NCBI GenBank assembly: GCA_964234715.1 | Contig: OZ174275.1 | Strand: one strand, 5' to 3' | DNA from: Podarcis melisellensis | Taxonomy: Eukaryota | DNA: 64,000 bases | Part shown: in pieces, positions 26,040 to 37,916 of the stretch | Position numbering within the stretch: position 1 is the first letter of the stretch | How the letters are laid out: each line of letters starts with the position of its first letter | Translations under genes and position numbers: made by a program | Notes under the pieces: generated by a model | Seen by the model: only the letters and a program-made list of their open reading frames with translations | What the model was told of the DNA's origin: nothing | Database searches by the model: none

Positions 26040-26273
26040 CAGTGGTACCTCGGGTTACAGACACTTCAGGTTACAGATGCTTCAGATTACAGACTCTGCT
26101 AGCCCAGAAATAGTACCACGGGTTAAGAACTTTGCTTCAGGCTGAGAACAGAAATCACGTGGTGGCGGCAGCAGGAGGCCCCATTAGTTAAAGTGGTACC
26201 TCAGATTAAGAACAGTTTCAGGTTAAGAACAGACCTCCAGAATGAATTAAGTTCTTAACCTGAGGTACCACTG
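26040..26273. mobile_element. Tigger-like MITE
   Basis: TA|cagtggtacctcggg...ctgaggtaccactg|TA. Confidence 0.92.
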
Positions 26274-26783
26274 TACTCATGAAATGAACTAGCTAGTTTC
26301 TTGGCTGCAGGCGCCAAATCATTATGCAGCCAGAGCCTCAGGATTTTGACAATTGCAGGGGATTGCACATGCCCTAACACCCTGCCACAAACAAATCCAT
26401 TACTAAAACGATTACCGTAAATAGGATCACTAACTATTTGAATGACTTAGGAATTATTTGTTACTCCTTAGAGACAGATAGTATGTGGTTTCCTTCTTTT
26501 ATGTACAGCATCAGTGAAAGTGCCTTCTCACTTTTAATCCACTCCAGCTTTATCTCACTGTTTTCTTACATCTAAACTGCAAGCTTGTACCTAATATCTA
26601 ACGATGTGGTGTTCATTTTCCACTCATTCATTTTATAGCAAACCTTTAGTAATGAGATTTCTAGTTGAATGCAGATCTAGAGAGGCTGGAGCTGATGGTC
26701 CTCTTGTTGGCATAATAGCCCAAATCCAATGTAGCTATAACTAATGAACAGCAGCAAATAAAGGACCTGGCTTGGCAAGACTA

Positions 26784-27084
26784 AAAGGTAAAGGTAAAGG
26801 GACCTCTGACCATTAGGACCAGTCACAGACGACTCTGGGGTTGCAGCGCTTTATTGGCCGAGGGAGCTGGCATATGGCTTCCGGGTCATGTGGCCAGCAT
26901 GACTAAGCCGCTTCTGGCAAACCAGAGCGGTGCACGGAAACGCCGGAGCGGTACCTATTTATCTACTTGCACTTTGAGGTGCTTTTGAACTGCTATGTTG
27001 GCAGGAGCAGGGACCGAGCAACAGGAGAGCAGCCTGTCGCGGGGATTCGGACCATTGACCTTCCGATCGGCAAGCCCTAGGCTC
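26784..27084 (-). mobile_element. Sauria SINE, slightly 5'-truncated
   Basis: aaaggtaaaggtaaagggacc tail plus SINE body. Confidence 0.9.
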
Positions 27085-27476
27085 AGAGTAATTACTACTA
27101 AGAGTAATTGCTCTGTGTCTAAAATTAATTTCTACCCAACCTGTTGTGCTATGTTGTTCTTTTATGTGATAATTTCATAAACAAAATTTAAGAGTGGGCG
27201 AAAAACTGGGCTTTGATATAATTTATATTCATTTGGAAAATAATTACAAAAAATCCCACTTGCATATAATTGCATGCATGTATCTTTCCTCCCCAAGTGA
27301 TGGGTTTCCTTAGGTGAACAGTAGATCTTCCCCAGCAGTCATTTTGTCACATTTTCTTTACCAAGCTTTTATACAAAGTCATTTGAGCAGCTCTTGTGCC
27401 AGCCTAGTTGTGTTCCCAAAATGTCCCATGGTTGGGACTACAGTAGCCATGTTTGGCTACTGTCAGGGAGGATGCT

Positions 27477-27815
27477 GCCCGTTAAGTCCAGTCATGGGCA
27501 ACTCTAGAGTTGGGGCGCTCATCTCGCTTTACTAGCCGAGGGAGCCGGCGTTTGTCTGCAGACAGTTTTTCCAGGTCCATGTGGCCAGCATGACTAAGCT
27601 GCTTCTGGTGAAACCAGAGCAGCACATGGAAACACCGTTAACCTTTCCGTCGGAGTGGTACATATTTATCTACTTGCACTTTTTTGCCGTGCTTTCGAAT
27701 TGCTAGGTTGGCAGAAGCAGGGACCGAGCAACGGGAGCTCACCCCATTGTGGGGATTTGAACCACCAACCTTCTGAAGCTCTAAGCTCTGTGGTTTAGAC
27801 CACAGCGCCACCCGT
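27477..27815 (-). mobile_element. Sauria SINE lacking tail
   Basis: Body and head (gaccacagcgccacccg) recognisable. Confidence 0.9.
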
Positions 27816-28390
27816 GGGGGAAGGATCAGATCATGTGGAAAATGAACATAATATTTTAGCCGCAGTTGATTTCAGCTTTGAATTCTTGTAAAAAAGTGCC
27901 CCTAGAAATTCTGTTGTTGCATCCATAATCTAGGTTCAAGGTGCCATTTTGCTCCTGGCTTTCATATCTCTTTTTCTACCGCTGATTGGAATTCTAACCA
28001 AAGTATGACTCTCCTCTCCTTTCAATAAGTACAGTATGTGACTTCTTTGTTTTTGATCAATTTTCAATTCTAGGTAACATTAATTCTGATTTCAGCACAT
28101 TACTGCATGAACTGAGTCTCCAAGAAGTACAGTGCCATATGCCAGCTGTGCATTAATAATATATTCTTATTGTGATTAATATTTATGCATTTATTGGGGT
28201 GGGGCAGCAATCAATGAAGTCTGCACCATGCCTTGAATCCTCACGACAAGCTGCTCTGTTATATGTGGAAGCTAGTTTCATGTGGTGTTTCTATCATGTG
28301 AATCATTGCCATGTTCCACTGTCGTAAATAGACCTAGTGGATTAAATATGAACCAAATCATTTTTTTTTCAAGTTTCTGACCAAGCTCTT

Positions 28391-28410
28391 GTTTGCCTTT
28401 GAACTTGTAG
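28391..28410 (+). promoter_or_regulatory. KCNJ3: 3' splice acceptor of KCNJ3 terminal exon
   Basis: gtttgcctttgaacttgtag| immediately before GG ATG ACT TGT CAA, where protein homology begins (phase-1 intron). Confidence 0.9.
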
Positions 28411-29003
28411 GGATGACTTGTCAAGCCAGAACATCCTACACAGAAGATGAAGTTCTTTGGGGCCATCGTTTCTTCCCTGTTATTTCCTTAGAGGAAGGAT
28501 TCTTCAAAGTAGACTATTCCCAGTTCCATGCAACGTTTGAAGTCCCTACAGCACCTTACAGTGTGAAAGAACAGGAAGAAATGCTCCTTATGTCCTCCCC
28601 ATTAATAGCACCAGCTGTAAGTAACAGTAAAGAAAGGAATAATTCTGTAGAATGTCTAGATGGCATAGATGACATTGGTACAAAGCTACCGTCAAAACTG
28701 CAGAAAATGACTGGAAGGGATGACTTTCCTAAAAAACTGCTGAGGATGAGTTCTACCACTTCGGAAAAAGCCTACAGCATGGGGGACCTACCTTTGAAAC
28801 TCCAGCGAATAAGTTCTGTCCCTGGCAACTCAGAAGAGAAACTGGTATCTAAAACCACAAAAATGTTGTCAGATCCTATGAGCCAGTCTATGGCAGACTT
28901 GCCACCGAAACTTCAAAGATTATCCGGAGGAGGAGGAGGAGGTAGAATGGAAGGAAACCTCCCCCCAAAACTGAGGAAAATGAATTCTGATCGGTTTACA
29001 TAA
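28411..29003 (+). CDS. KCNJ3: G protein-activated inward rectifier K+ channel 1 (GIRK1/Kir3.1), terminal coding exon
   Basis: [46 protein letters not shown]...[11 protein letters not shown] is the diagnostic GIRK1 C-terminus; intact frame with TAA at 29001-29003. Confidence 0.98.
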
Positions 29004-29330
29004 CATGAACAGACATATTAGGTATTATTTCAAGTTTGAATTGCCATTCAATCCAATTGAGCAGGAAAGCAAACACGTTGAAAATTGCATTTGATGACTG
29101 GTTTTCCTTAAGAGTTACATGCACTCTGGGACAACTGTATTCCCCCAAATTAAGGACTCTTGTTGAATTATACAATAAAATACATGAACTTCAGTATAGG
29201 ACCATATGAAAGCTAACAAGCTAATATTAATCGGCATGTAATATCACCACAAGCATGCAATAATAGTGTGCAAATTTTGCATATAGTTTTATGGCATGGT
29301 TCTTACTATATTTATACTGTATATTATGGG
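29004..29330 (+). other. KCNJ3: Proximal KCNJ3 3'UTR
   Basis: Directly after the stop codon; AATAAA at 29174-29179; AU-rich block gcatgcaataat...gtgcaaattttgcat...ttttatggcatg; true 3' end unknown. Confidence 0.7.
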
Positions 29331-30018
29331 CGGGGAGTGTAAATGGGGTGTTATTCTCCTATATTTCTTAAGCGTTAAGTAGTAGATAAAACATCCAAGT
29401 GGGTTACTAACAGGGCAGGTTATGCATTTGTTTATAATGGGCACAATCCAGCCAAAGTTAAACATTTGAGGCATGATCCATCTGCCCATTGCAATCTTCC
29501 CAGCCTCTCAGCATGTGGAGAGGTCATCTGCTGCCAAGCCTCCTTCCCTTTCCCCACCCCCTGTAGGTGGAGAACTATGCAGAAGTGCACATAAAGGACA
29601 ATTTGGAGCAGTCGCTTTCTTAAAATTTAAGTAAGACCTTAGATGGCTTCTGTTTCCATCAATGGAAATTATAAATGTTTCATGTTGGCTGAATCGTGCC
29701 CAGTACCTTTTTACTCTCCTGATGTAAACTGTGATGTTTCGTTCAGACAGTTAAAGTGCATGTTTCTTTGTTAGATTCAGGCTATCAGTATTAGGAATAA
29801 TGAACACCAATACTTTTAGCCTTAATCTCCTAACTTTATTGTTTACTTTTAACAGTTTCCTCCACTTCTTTGGGAGGGAGAGCTACAGAGATCCCTGAAC
29901 CCATGCTTTATATTAAACAAAAAAGAGTGCAATGGGCTTAATGCGTGCAAAATAAGGACAGGTTTCCATTTTAGACACAGTGCATAAAAACCCAAAGAAT
30001 GTAAGAGTGATAGGTGCT

Positions 30019-30152
30019 TAGAATCCTAGAGCTGTAGAGTTGGAAGGGGCCACGAGGGTCATCTAGTCCAACCCCCTGAAATGCAGGAATCTTTCATCCA
30101 ATGTGGGGCTCAAACCCACAACCCTGGGAGATTAAGAGTCTCATCCTCTAGT
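30019..30152 (-). mobile_element. SINE with tRNA-Lys(CTT)-like head and CR1-derived tail
   Basis: Minus strand: tagaggatgagactcttaatctc..agggttgtgggtttgagccccacattgg (tRNA-Lys CTT-like) joined to gggggttggactagatgacc...ttccaactctaca..ttcta. Confidence 0.85.
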
Positions 30153-30355
30153 CACATATTAAATAATATGAAACAAGCTCTAAGAGTGAAGTAAAGTTCA
30201 AAAAGAGATATATTTTCTTGATTTATTATGCTGATTGCTTCATCTTGCCTAAATCACCAATCCCCTACCGGGGATTGTAGTGCTTTTGACTACATCTTCC
30301 ACCATTCCTGACGATTGGCCATGCTGCCTGGGGCTTATTTTGTAGTCCAAAATAT

Positions 30356-30568
30356 GTAGTGGCGCCCACCCTGTGGAACGCCCTCCCCTCAGATGTCCAA
30401 GAGATAAACAACTACCTGACATTAAGAAGACATCTTTAATGTGTGGCATCTTAGTGTATTTTTGGTCTTTGTGGAAGCCGCCCAGATTGGCTGGGGAAAC
30501 ACAGCCAGATGGGTGGGGTACAAATAATAAAATTATTATTGTTATTATTATTATTATTATTATTATTA
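30356..30568 (+). mobile_element. L2 3' fragment nested in an older MITE remnant
   Basis: gtagtggcgcccaccctgtggaacgccctccc...(ATT)n; flanks resemble the gactaca/tgtagtc MITE family. Confidence 0.8.
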
Positions 30569-30748
30569 GTGGAGGGCACCAATTTGGAAAAGGTTGCACT
30601 TAGATTATTATTCTTTCCATAACTTGTAGAAGGCTCCAAAGAACAAGTTAGAATAAAGTTGGATATAGACAACTGAGAGCCTCTCAGTAACTGCTTAGAA
30701 ACTTAATGTGTAGCATCTAAAATCCTGGGAGAAGTGTTTGACTTTAAC

Positions 30749-31029
30749 AACGGTGGCCAGTGTAGTGTTCTCAACATGATGTTGGGCTACAACTTTCATC
30801 ACCCCTGATCATTAGCCATGCTGGCCGGGATGGGGAAAGTTGTAGTCCAGGCACCCCCCAAACTCGGCCTTCCAGCTGTTTTGGGACTACAATTCCCATC
30901 ATCCCTGACCACTAGTCCTCTTAGCTAGGGATGACAGGAGTTGTAGTCCCAAAACAGCTGGAGGGCCGAGTTTGCGGATGCCTGTTGTAGTCAAAAATTG
31001 TCAGAAGAGCACTACGTTAGCTACCACTG
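30749..31029. mobile_element. Older hAT-like MITE interrupted by a younger MITE
   Basis: Degenerate termini and ctacaact/agttgtagtc arms on either side of 30848-30984. Confidence 0.65.
30848..30984. mobile_element. hAT-like MITE, 137-bp near-perfect palindrome
   Basis: caggca...aaactcggcc / ggccgagttt...tgcctg; 8-bp TSD ttgtagtc at 30840-30847 and 30985-30992. Confidence 0.92.
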
Positions 31030-32755
31030 CCTGTAACTACGAAAGCATGGTTTATGGTTTTGCCTAGCATTGTCACCATTTCACAAAGGGTAAGTACTTC
31101 ACTGTCTATTGCAAGGCTCCTGGCCATCTGACTCTACCTGGAAGGGGTTTTTTATGATGGCTACTGCATTAAGGTGTGTAGCATTGATAGTTTAGGGTGC
31201 TTTCTCACACTACCAACTTTGCCTTGTAAGGCAATAATTATCAGATAAATTAAAGCAGAGGAAGATAAATGGTGACTATGTGCCAAGACTGCATCATCAA
31301 AAATATTGCATAGTTAGCATCCATTCTATAATGACCCTGGGCCTCTCCCATTTGGTGCACAAAAATGATTTTTTTTAAAAGCACCTTTTTAGCCCAGTCC
31401 AAAGCTGACATCATCTGCTAGCAGAATAGGAAAACTCACAAGTAACGATCCAGTCATGCAATGAGGAGCCATCGATGTTGCAACACCAGTATTGATCCCT
31501 TGTGCTTGCCTCTGCATGCCAGTGTAGCAGCCAAAACGATGCTGAAAGTATCAGGAGAATGGTAACAAATTTTGCACATCACCTTTCTTGTAATAAATAG
31601 GAAATTAAGTCAGAGGTTCCTGGCAGGAGACAGAATTGCATAGGAAATTTCATTTTCCATTCAGATGCGGAATGGAAATTCAGAGGAAAATTCATTTTCC
31701 AGGGTTGGGATTGTTTAATTCCACCTAATAAAGAAATCAGTGGTTGAGATGGGGGTTCACCCAATGCTGAAAAGCAGCATTGATGGGTGCACAGAAGCCA
31801 GAATGAAGAATTCTTGGAGGCCCAACAGATACTGTCATGATCTGTGGAATTTCAACAGAAACCCAACCATAATGGCGGTAGGGGCACCAATAGGAGGTGT
31901 TTCTGCCAATTCCTATTTAGGAGAAACTTAGCTATAAAAGCACAAGCCTTTTGTTCTTTGCAATCTTAGACAAGGCAAAATATAGCACTGAGCTCTTAGG
32001 GGTTTTTTCCCCCCTAGTTAACAAGAATCTTGCATGTTCAATTGTTTTGTGAAATTCATATAATTCTGAAGCATTAGTGTTCAATAATCACCTGGAAGTC
32101 ATAAGCTGAACCTCCCCTGCACTGAGACAAGAGCCACAGTCCTAAGAATAGGATTGCTAATTGGAGTAATACAAGTAGCCCATAATATATAGCCTACAAT
32201 AATTCCGTTTACAGTGTGCTGCACACATAAGACATCAGGGATCAAGGTGAATCATGCCAGAGGTGCCTGTCGGACCAGGAAAATGTTTAATAAAACCCAG
32301 GTGGCTTAATTATAGAAATTGTTCTACATGCTATGGGGAAAGACAAATAAGTGAGATTATCTGGCCAAGGGCAAAACTTTCCCAATAATATATTGCCCTT
32401 GCTTTTCATGCTTGGGGCTTGACTGATCATCTCAAGTACTAAAACAAAAATGCTACTATTGATATCAATGCATGATCTTTAGCCAGTATTCAAAGAGACA
32501 CACTAGGTGATCCCAAGGGCTTGCGTCCAACTAGAATAAAAGTTCTCTGCCTCTGCCCTCTTTTCAGTTGCAGATCCCGATTTTAAAATTGGTCTCAGTT
32601 TGCCAAAATATGAAATGAGGGAATGCAGCAAGAGAAACAGAGGTACAGTGCTAGCTGTGTAGCTATTCAGATCTAGATCTTACTCTGCTGTCATGGGGTA
32701 GATCTGAAAGAAAATGACAACAAATTCAGAACACAGCAAATTTCCGTGATCTGTA

Positions 32756-32978
32756 CAGTGGAACCTTGAGTTGTGGACGTAATCCATCCCGGAGGCACGT
32801 CCGCAACTCAAAGCGATCACATCCAGAAGCGCTGCGTCTGCGCATGCACGCAGTGCGAATTAGCACTTCTGCACATTTGCAAGTGGTGAAACCCGGAAGT
32901 AACCATTCCGGTACTTCCGGGTTGCTGCAGGACGCAACTTGAAAAGACGTAACCTGAAGCAGACGCAACATGAGGTAT
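32756..32978. mobile_element. Tigger-like MITE (different subfamily)
   Basis: TA|cagtggaacctt start; CpG-rich internal palindrome cccggaagta/tacttccggg; degraded right TIR. Confidence 0.75.
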
Positions 32979-35900
32979 ACCAGTTTTTAAATGGCAAACA
33001 TTTAGTTTGCTTTTAATTTGGACTTGTATTTATAATGTTGAAAAATAAAGGAAATGTTAGATTTTTAATTTTTGCAAATAATATTAGGAGAATTTGCCTG
33101 ACCATTCCCCCCCCCCCCATTTGCTTTGAGCCCAAATGCAACATAGATGGGAATTGTCTTTTACATCCTGGAGAAAAGGTTTTGTGCTGATTATCTGAAC
33201 TGAGCAATTTTTATTTGTTTAAAGTACAGTACTACAAACAGAGGGCTAATTCCACAGATGAATGTGCATCACTTGATCTCTCATCAGTTGACGAATTTCA
33301 CCTGAACTTGTGAACATCCACAAACGAAACGTTCTGGCTCAGTTGCAGCAAACCACTCACATAAGAGGGATTTCCTATTTCTCTCTCCCTTTGGCAGTCT
33401 CCCCATGCATCCAAAAAATACACTGCAGAAAGGATGTGACATATGTGGGATGCTGTGGTGGGAAGAGGGGATCAGCAGAAATTTGGACTCCCTCTTATGG
33501 TTACCCCATTGGACCCAAATCACTGTGTCCTCTGTTGGCTCTGAGGCAGGATGAAAGATGCAGGATGTCTGTTGCAGACATAGCAGTCATTTCTAGGTCT
33601 CGCCATCAAGTGCTCAACATGCATAAATGGACTCACCCTGAGTGATAATAAGATAACTGGTAGCAGTGCCATGTTGATGCATATCTTCTAGATCACCCTC
33701 ATCGCTGTTCTTTCAATTCTTTGTATAGTATGTAGCAGTTATTCTGTGGAACAAAACAGGGTTGATTAAAACCAATGAGTACTAAATCTGTCCAAGTTTT
33801 GGATTCTGTGTGAAGCCATTTGTTTTTAATTACCTGAAAAATTGGTTGGTTGGGGTGGGGTATGTTTTGAGTGTTGGTGGGACAATAGAAAATTAAAGTT
33901 ATTTTATTCAAATGACATACATTTAGCTGAATTTGAACCCATATATACATTAGCATCTCAAAAGGGCTCTGAACCATTTGGAAAAAAAACAACAACCATG
34001 AATGAGTGACCAATTCATAGCTCTCTGTATAACTCAAAAATAATAGCAGATCTACCAAAACCTGAAAATAGTCAATCATTTTGTAAACTATAAGTAGTGA
34101 AAAGGAGACTATGCCACATTGCTTGTGGAGCCAAGGGGTGAAACCCAGATAACACAGGGAGATGTGTCTATCACGCTGTATTTGTACAAGCTTTGCATTT
34201 TCTTCCAACTTCGTTTACTAGTTTAAAATGTGTGAATTGAAATGCATGCTGTTCAACCTTTAAGCTCAAACTGTCAATTCATTTCACTGTGTCTGTAATT
34301 CCATGCGAAGAAACACAGCAAAAAATTGAGAACCCGTCTTGTGACCAGAATTCTGCTGTGTGAATAACTTATACAGTTTTTTCCACACCCATCTCTTAAG
34401 AGCCTCTTTGGCAATATGTAATTTGATTTCTGTGGCATACTGTACACACATCTTAAAGAACTCACATTGTTTCTTGAAGAAAAAACGCCACTTCTCTGTA
34501 CTTAAGTGTGGAGGCTGGACATTTTGTGCTACTTGCCCGTCTCATGGTTAAATGTTAATTTTATCCATGCCTCATTATTGAAACTTCAATAATGAATGAA
34601 TTGTCTACTATTTAATCATGTGTTAGGATCTGAGTTTGCATAGGAGTAAGAGGAGTTACTCATCTATGCAGCACAAGGCAATCTCTGTGCAGTGCAAAAT
34701 AGGACGCAGAAACAGGATTGTTCTTTAGTCACTTGTGAGGATGCACAATATCTCATGGTGTTCAAAAAAAAAGGTAACTTCAATTTATTCAAAGGACCTG
34801 AAATATTAAGCTAAAATAGTTTTTCCTCCTGCTGGAATTAAGATTGTTTAGCCAACCCTGCAGCATGCACTGTGTACTTAGATTAAAATATATTTGCTTT
34901 TAATCAATACATCAGAGTGGTTATAAAAAAAATATTGGAAGTTTTTTTTTTTAAGCGATTGTATATTTTTTCATTAGTAATCTTTTTTACTAGTCAAGCG
35001 GCCACTCTGGTTTCATCATTCGCTTTTCTGCCCGGCCCTAGTGCTTATGCTACCAAAACAATTCTGTCTGACTGCACAGCAGGTCTGTGTTTTTGACTGC
35101 TGAATTTATGCTTGAATTATATTGTAAATTGTACATATTCAAATTAGAATCAAGTAATTGCATTTTCTGGCATGCACTCTATAACTGTATAAATGTACAA
35201 CTTTATTTGGATAATATAAAAGAATTAACAAACTCTTGTACTCATTAATACTGCAAGCTCAGTTTTATCTAAAACTATATTAAACTTTCAGAAAATTATT
35301 GGATTTAAACACCAGTGTTTGTCTAGTTTATCTAATTATGGGCTTTTTTAAAAAAAGCAAAAGAATATTCAGTTTGTTTTAGAAGTTGCATAGACTTTGG
35401 AAATAGCCTCAGAATTTGGCTAATACCATATTTTTAATAAATGAGGGGCTTACTTCCAAGTACAAGCTGTTCTGTGAGCATATATTTCTTATCTGTCACT
35501 GATGGAGTCTATTTAGATTAGTAATCAGCATTATAGTGACACCTAGTAGTGGAAAACAAGCATTACAACAAACCGAAGTAAAAATATTAAGACACTAGCC
35601 AAAAAGGAAAGAGAGACCATATCTGCCAATTCATTGAGGATACGCACAAAATAATATTGAACCCTAACCTCATTACCTTTCTGTTCAAAATTTATGATCA
35701 GCAACCATATTTCCTTATTCTGTCCAAGTGTTTTACATATATTTGGCAAATACAGGAAAAGAACTCTGCTTTAAATTGTGGTGAACTGCCAGGTTCTCAG
35801 CACATAACTTGTTGAGCAACTTTCCAAACTCATTGCCGGCTGACCTGTTGTGCAAGTAGGAATCATATTCATTTTGATGAAGGGAGTTGATCTATAATCA

Positions 35901-36219
35901 GGACTGGCCAAAGAGCTAATGGTCAGAGACCGTTACAGTAATCTAGGCTGCAGCAACCTCTGATCTCATTCAAGATATTTATATTTATTGCAAACCACTG
36001 AGTTTCTATTAACTTCAAATGTTTGTAGAACCACCCATGGCTCCTCTTCTGTGTTCCTTGGACAGCTGTTAGGTACCAAGTCCTGATCACATTGCTTCTA
36101 TTTAATGGAAGTAGTAGTCAAATAAGTAAACCTGCAGCTTATTTTATGCTCGTACTACTTGTTCATAGTCTGTCTTTATAGCAACCTATATTGAACATTT
36201 CCTTCTGTAGCTTGCAGTA

Positions 36220-36449
36220 CAGTCATACCTTGGATCTCATACAGCTTAGTTGCCAAACGTTTCGACTCCCGAACGATTGAAAACCGGAAGTGAGTGTTCC
36301 CGTTTTCGAACTTTTTTTGGAAGCTGAACATCTGACGGAGCTTCCGCAGCTTCCTGCAGCCAACCAGAAGACACGCTTTGGTTTCAGAACATTTTGGAAG
36401 TCAAACAGACTTCCGGATCGGATTCCGTTCGACTTCCAAGGTACGACTG
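36220..36449. mobile_element. Tigger-like MITE
   Basis: TA|cagtcataccttgga...tccaaggtacgactg|CA. Confidence 0.85.
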
Positions 36450-37279
36450 CACATGCATCGTTCATTTGATAAATCTGTAACAAGACTGAAAAGAGGAGCA
36501 CACTAAAGAATTCTATTCCTTACTCCACTGCGCTTTCACAGCACACACCTCAAAATAAACATGCCAATTTATCATCTGCAAATGAAATTAAATGTGTCCT
36601 ATAAAACTCATTCAAGTCTTTTGAAAATACGAGTCCAGTGCCAACGACCTGAATATATAAATAAATGTCCTCTACACTATGAAGGACAGCTATAAATAAA
36701 AGGAAAGTTTGTTTATCGTGAGCTTAATAAGTATAATGGATATTTGCTGTGCAAATACTTTGTTCAAACAGATACCATTTCACATTGGGATCTTATTCAG
36801 CCTCCTATGAGGCAGGCCCACCTGCCTGCCCAGCCTTTCTCCTCTCTGCCTCTCCCCCATGACCTGCTGGATACCACAGTATGCCAGAACTGAGGCATGG
36901 GCCAACAGACAAAGATCATTGCCACAACTTAATAGATCTGTGCTCTTGATAAAAGAGTTGCCACATCAGATGTTGCCATTCTTTATGAATGCAAGCAAAA
37001 AGCCTTTAGGCAGGTGTGATGTGTAATGAAGAAGCGCTCACGGCAGCCACATGGAATAGCACAGCTGGAAACAGCTCCTATGCAAAAACATAAGAGCCAA
37101 AGTTTCGTCTCTGCCAGCATTCTGTTTTCGTCTCTGCCAGCATTCTGAGGCCCCTGAGCCCACAATGAGGACCAAAGCACAACAGAGCTCTTAGGCATTC
37201 GGAGCCATGCTGCCTTCAACAGCAGAACTAAGAATATAGCCATCATGGCTAGAAGCCCCTGAAAGCTTTATCCTCCATG

Positions 37280-37612
37280 AATTTGTCCAGTCTTAAAGCC
37301 ATTGGTGAATGTCGCTACCTTTTGTGGGAGCAAACTCCATAGCCGAACCATGTGCTAGTTGGTCTGGTCCGCATCTTCCAACATTCAGCTTCATTGAATG
37401 TCCCCGAGTTGTAGTATTTACGAGAGTGGGAGAAAAGCGTTTCACTGTCCGCTCACTGGGTGCCACACACAATTTTATACACCTCTTATCACATCGCATC
37501 TTACTAGCCTTTTCTCAGAACTGCAAAGCTGTATCCTTGCCTCATCAGGGATTTGCTGCACCCCCTGGGTAATTTCCGTTGCCCTTTTCTGCACCTTTTC
37601 CAGCTTTACAAC
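37280..37612 (-). mobile_element. Old CR1 LINE 3' fragment
   Basis: Minus strand TTTRGHSMKLNVGR-like and LEKVQKRAT-like segments. Confidence 0.7.
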
Positions 37613-37883
37613 ATTGCATATAGTGCTATTTTTATATATAAAGAAGTGCCAGAACTCACCACGAACACCTCCCTTGTTCTCTTATAATGGCAAGGGAGAG
37701 CAATTGAGAAGTGTGGAACTGAGTTCCAGCGAGTTCTGCCGGGTTTAATGTACCAGGAGTTGCTGTAATTCAAGCTTCCAGAGTTTCTCCCTGCCACAAG
37801 TTGTGTCACTAGCAACTTCTGTTTACCACAAAATCCTTGGATTTTGAACTTTGTATAGTGTTTTAAAGTGGTAAAACATCAAG

Positions 37884-37885
<2 letters not shown>

Positions 37886-37912
<27 letters not shown>
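37886..37912. repeat. (TG)n microsatellite
   Basis: Direct observation. Confidence 0.9.

Positions 37913-37916
<4 letters not shown>

Noticed and set aside
28389-28410. N-terminal MFAFELV of the 204-aa ORF
   Set aside because: Starts at TTG within the polypyrimidine tract; homology begins after the AG at 28409-28410, so this is an exon, not a standalone gene.
30085-30152. Possible tRNA-Lys gene on the minus strand
   Set aside because: Truncated, has an insertion, and is fused to a CR1 tail.
33699-34208. 169-aa minus-strand ORF
   Set aside because: Non-ATG start in AT-rich DNA, no recognisable homology, antisense to the probable KCNJ3 downstream region.
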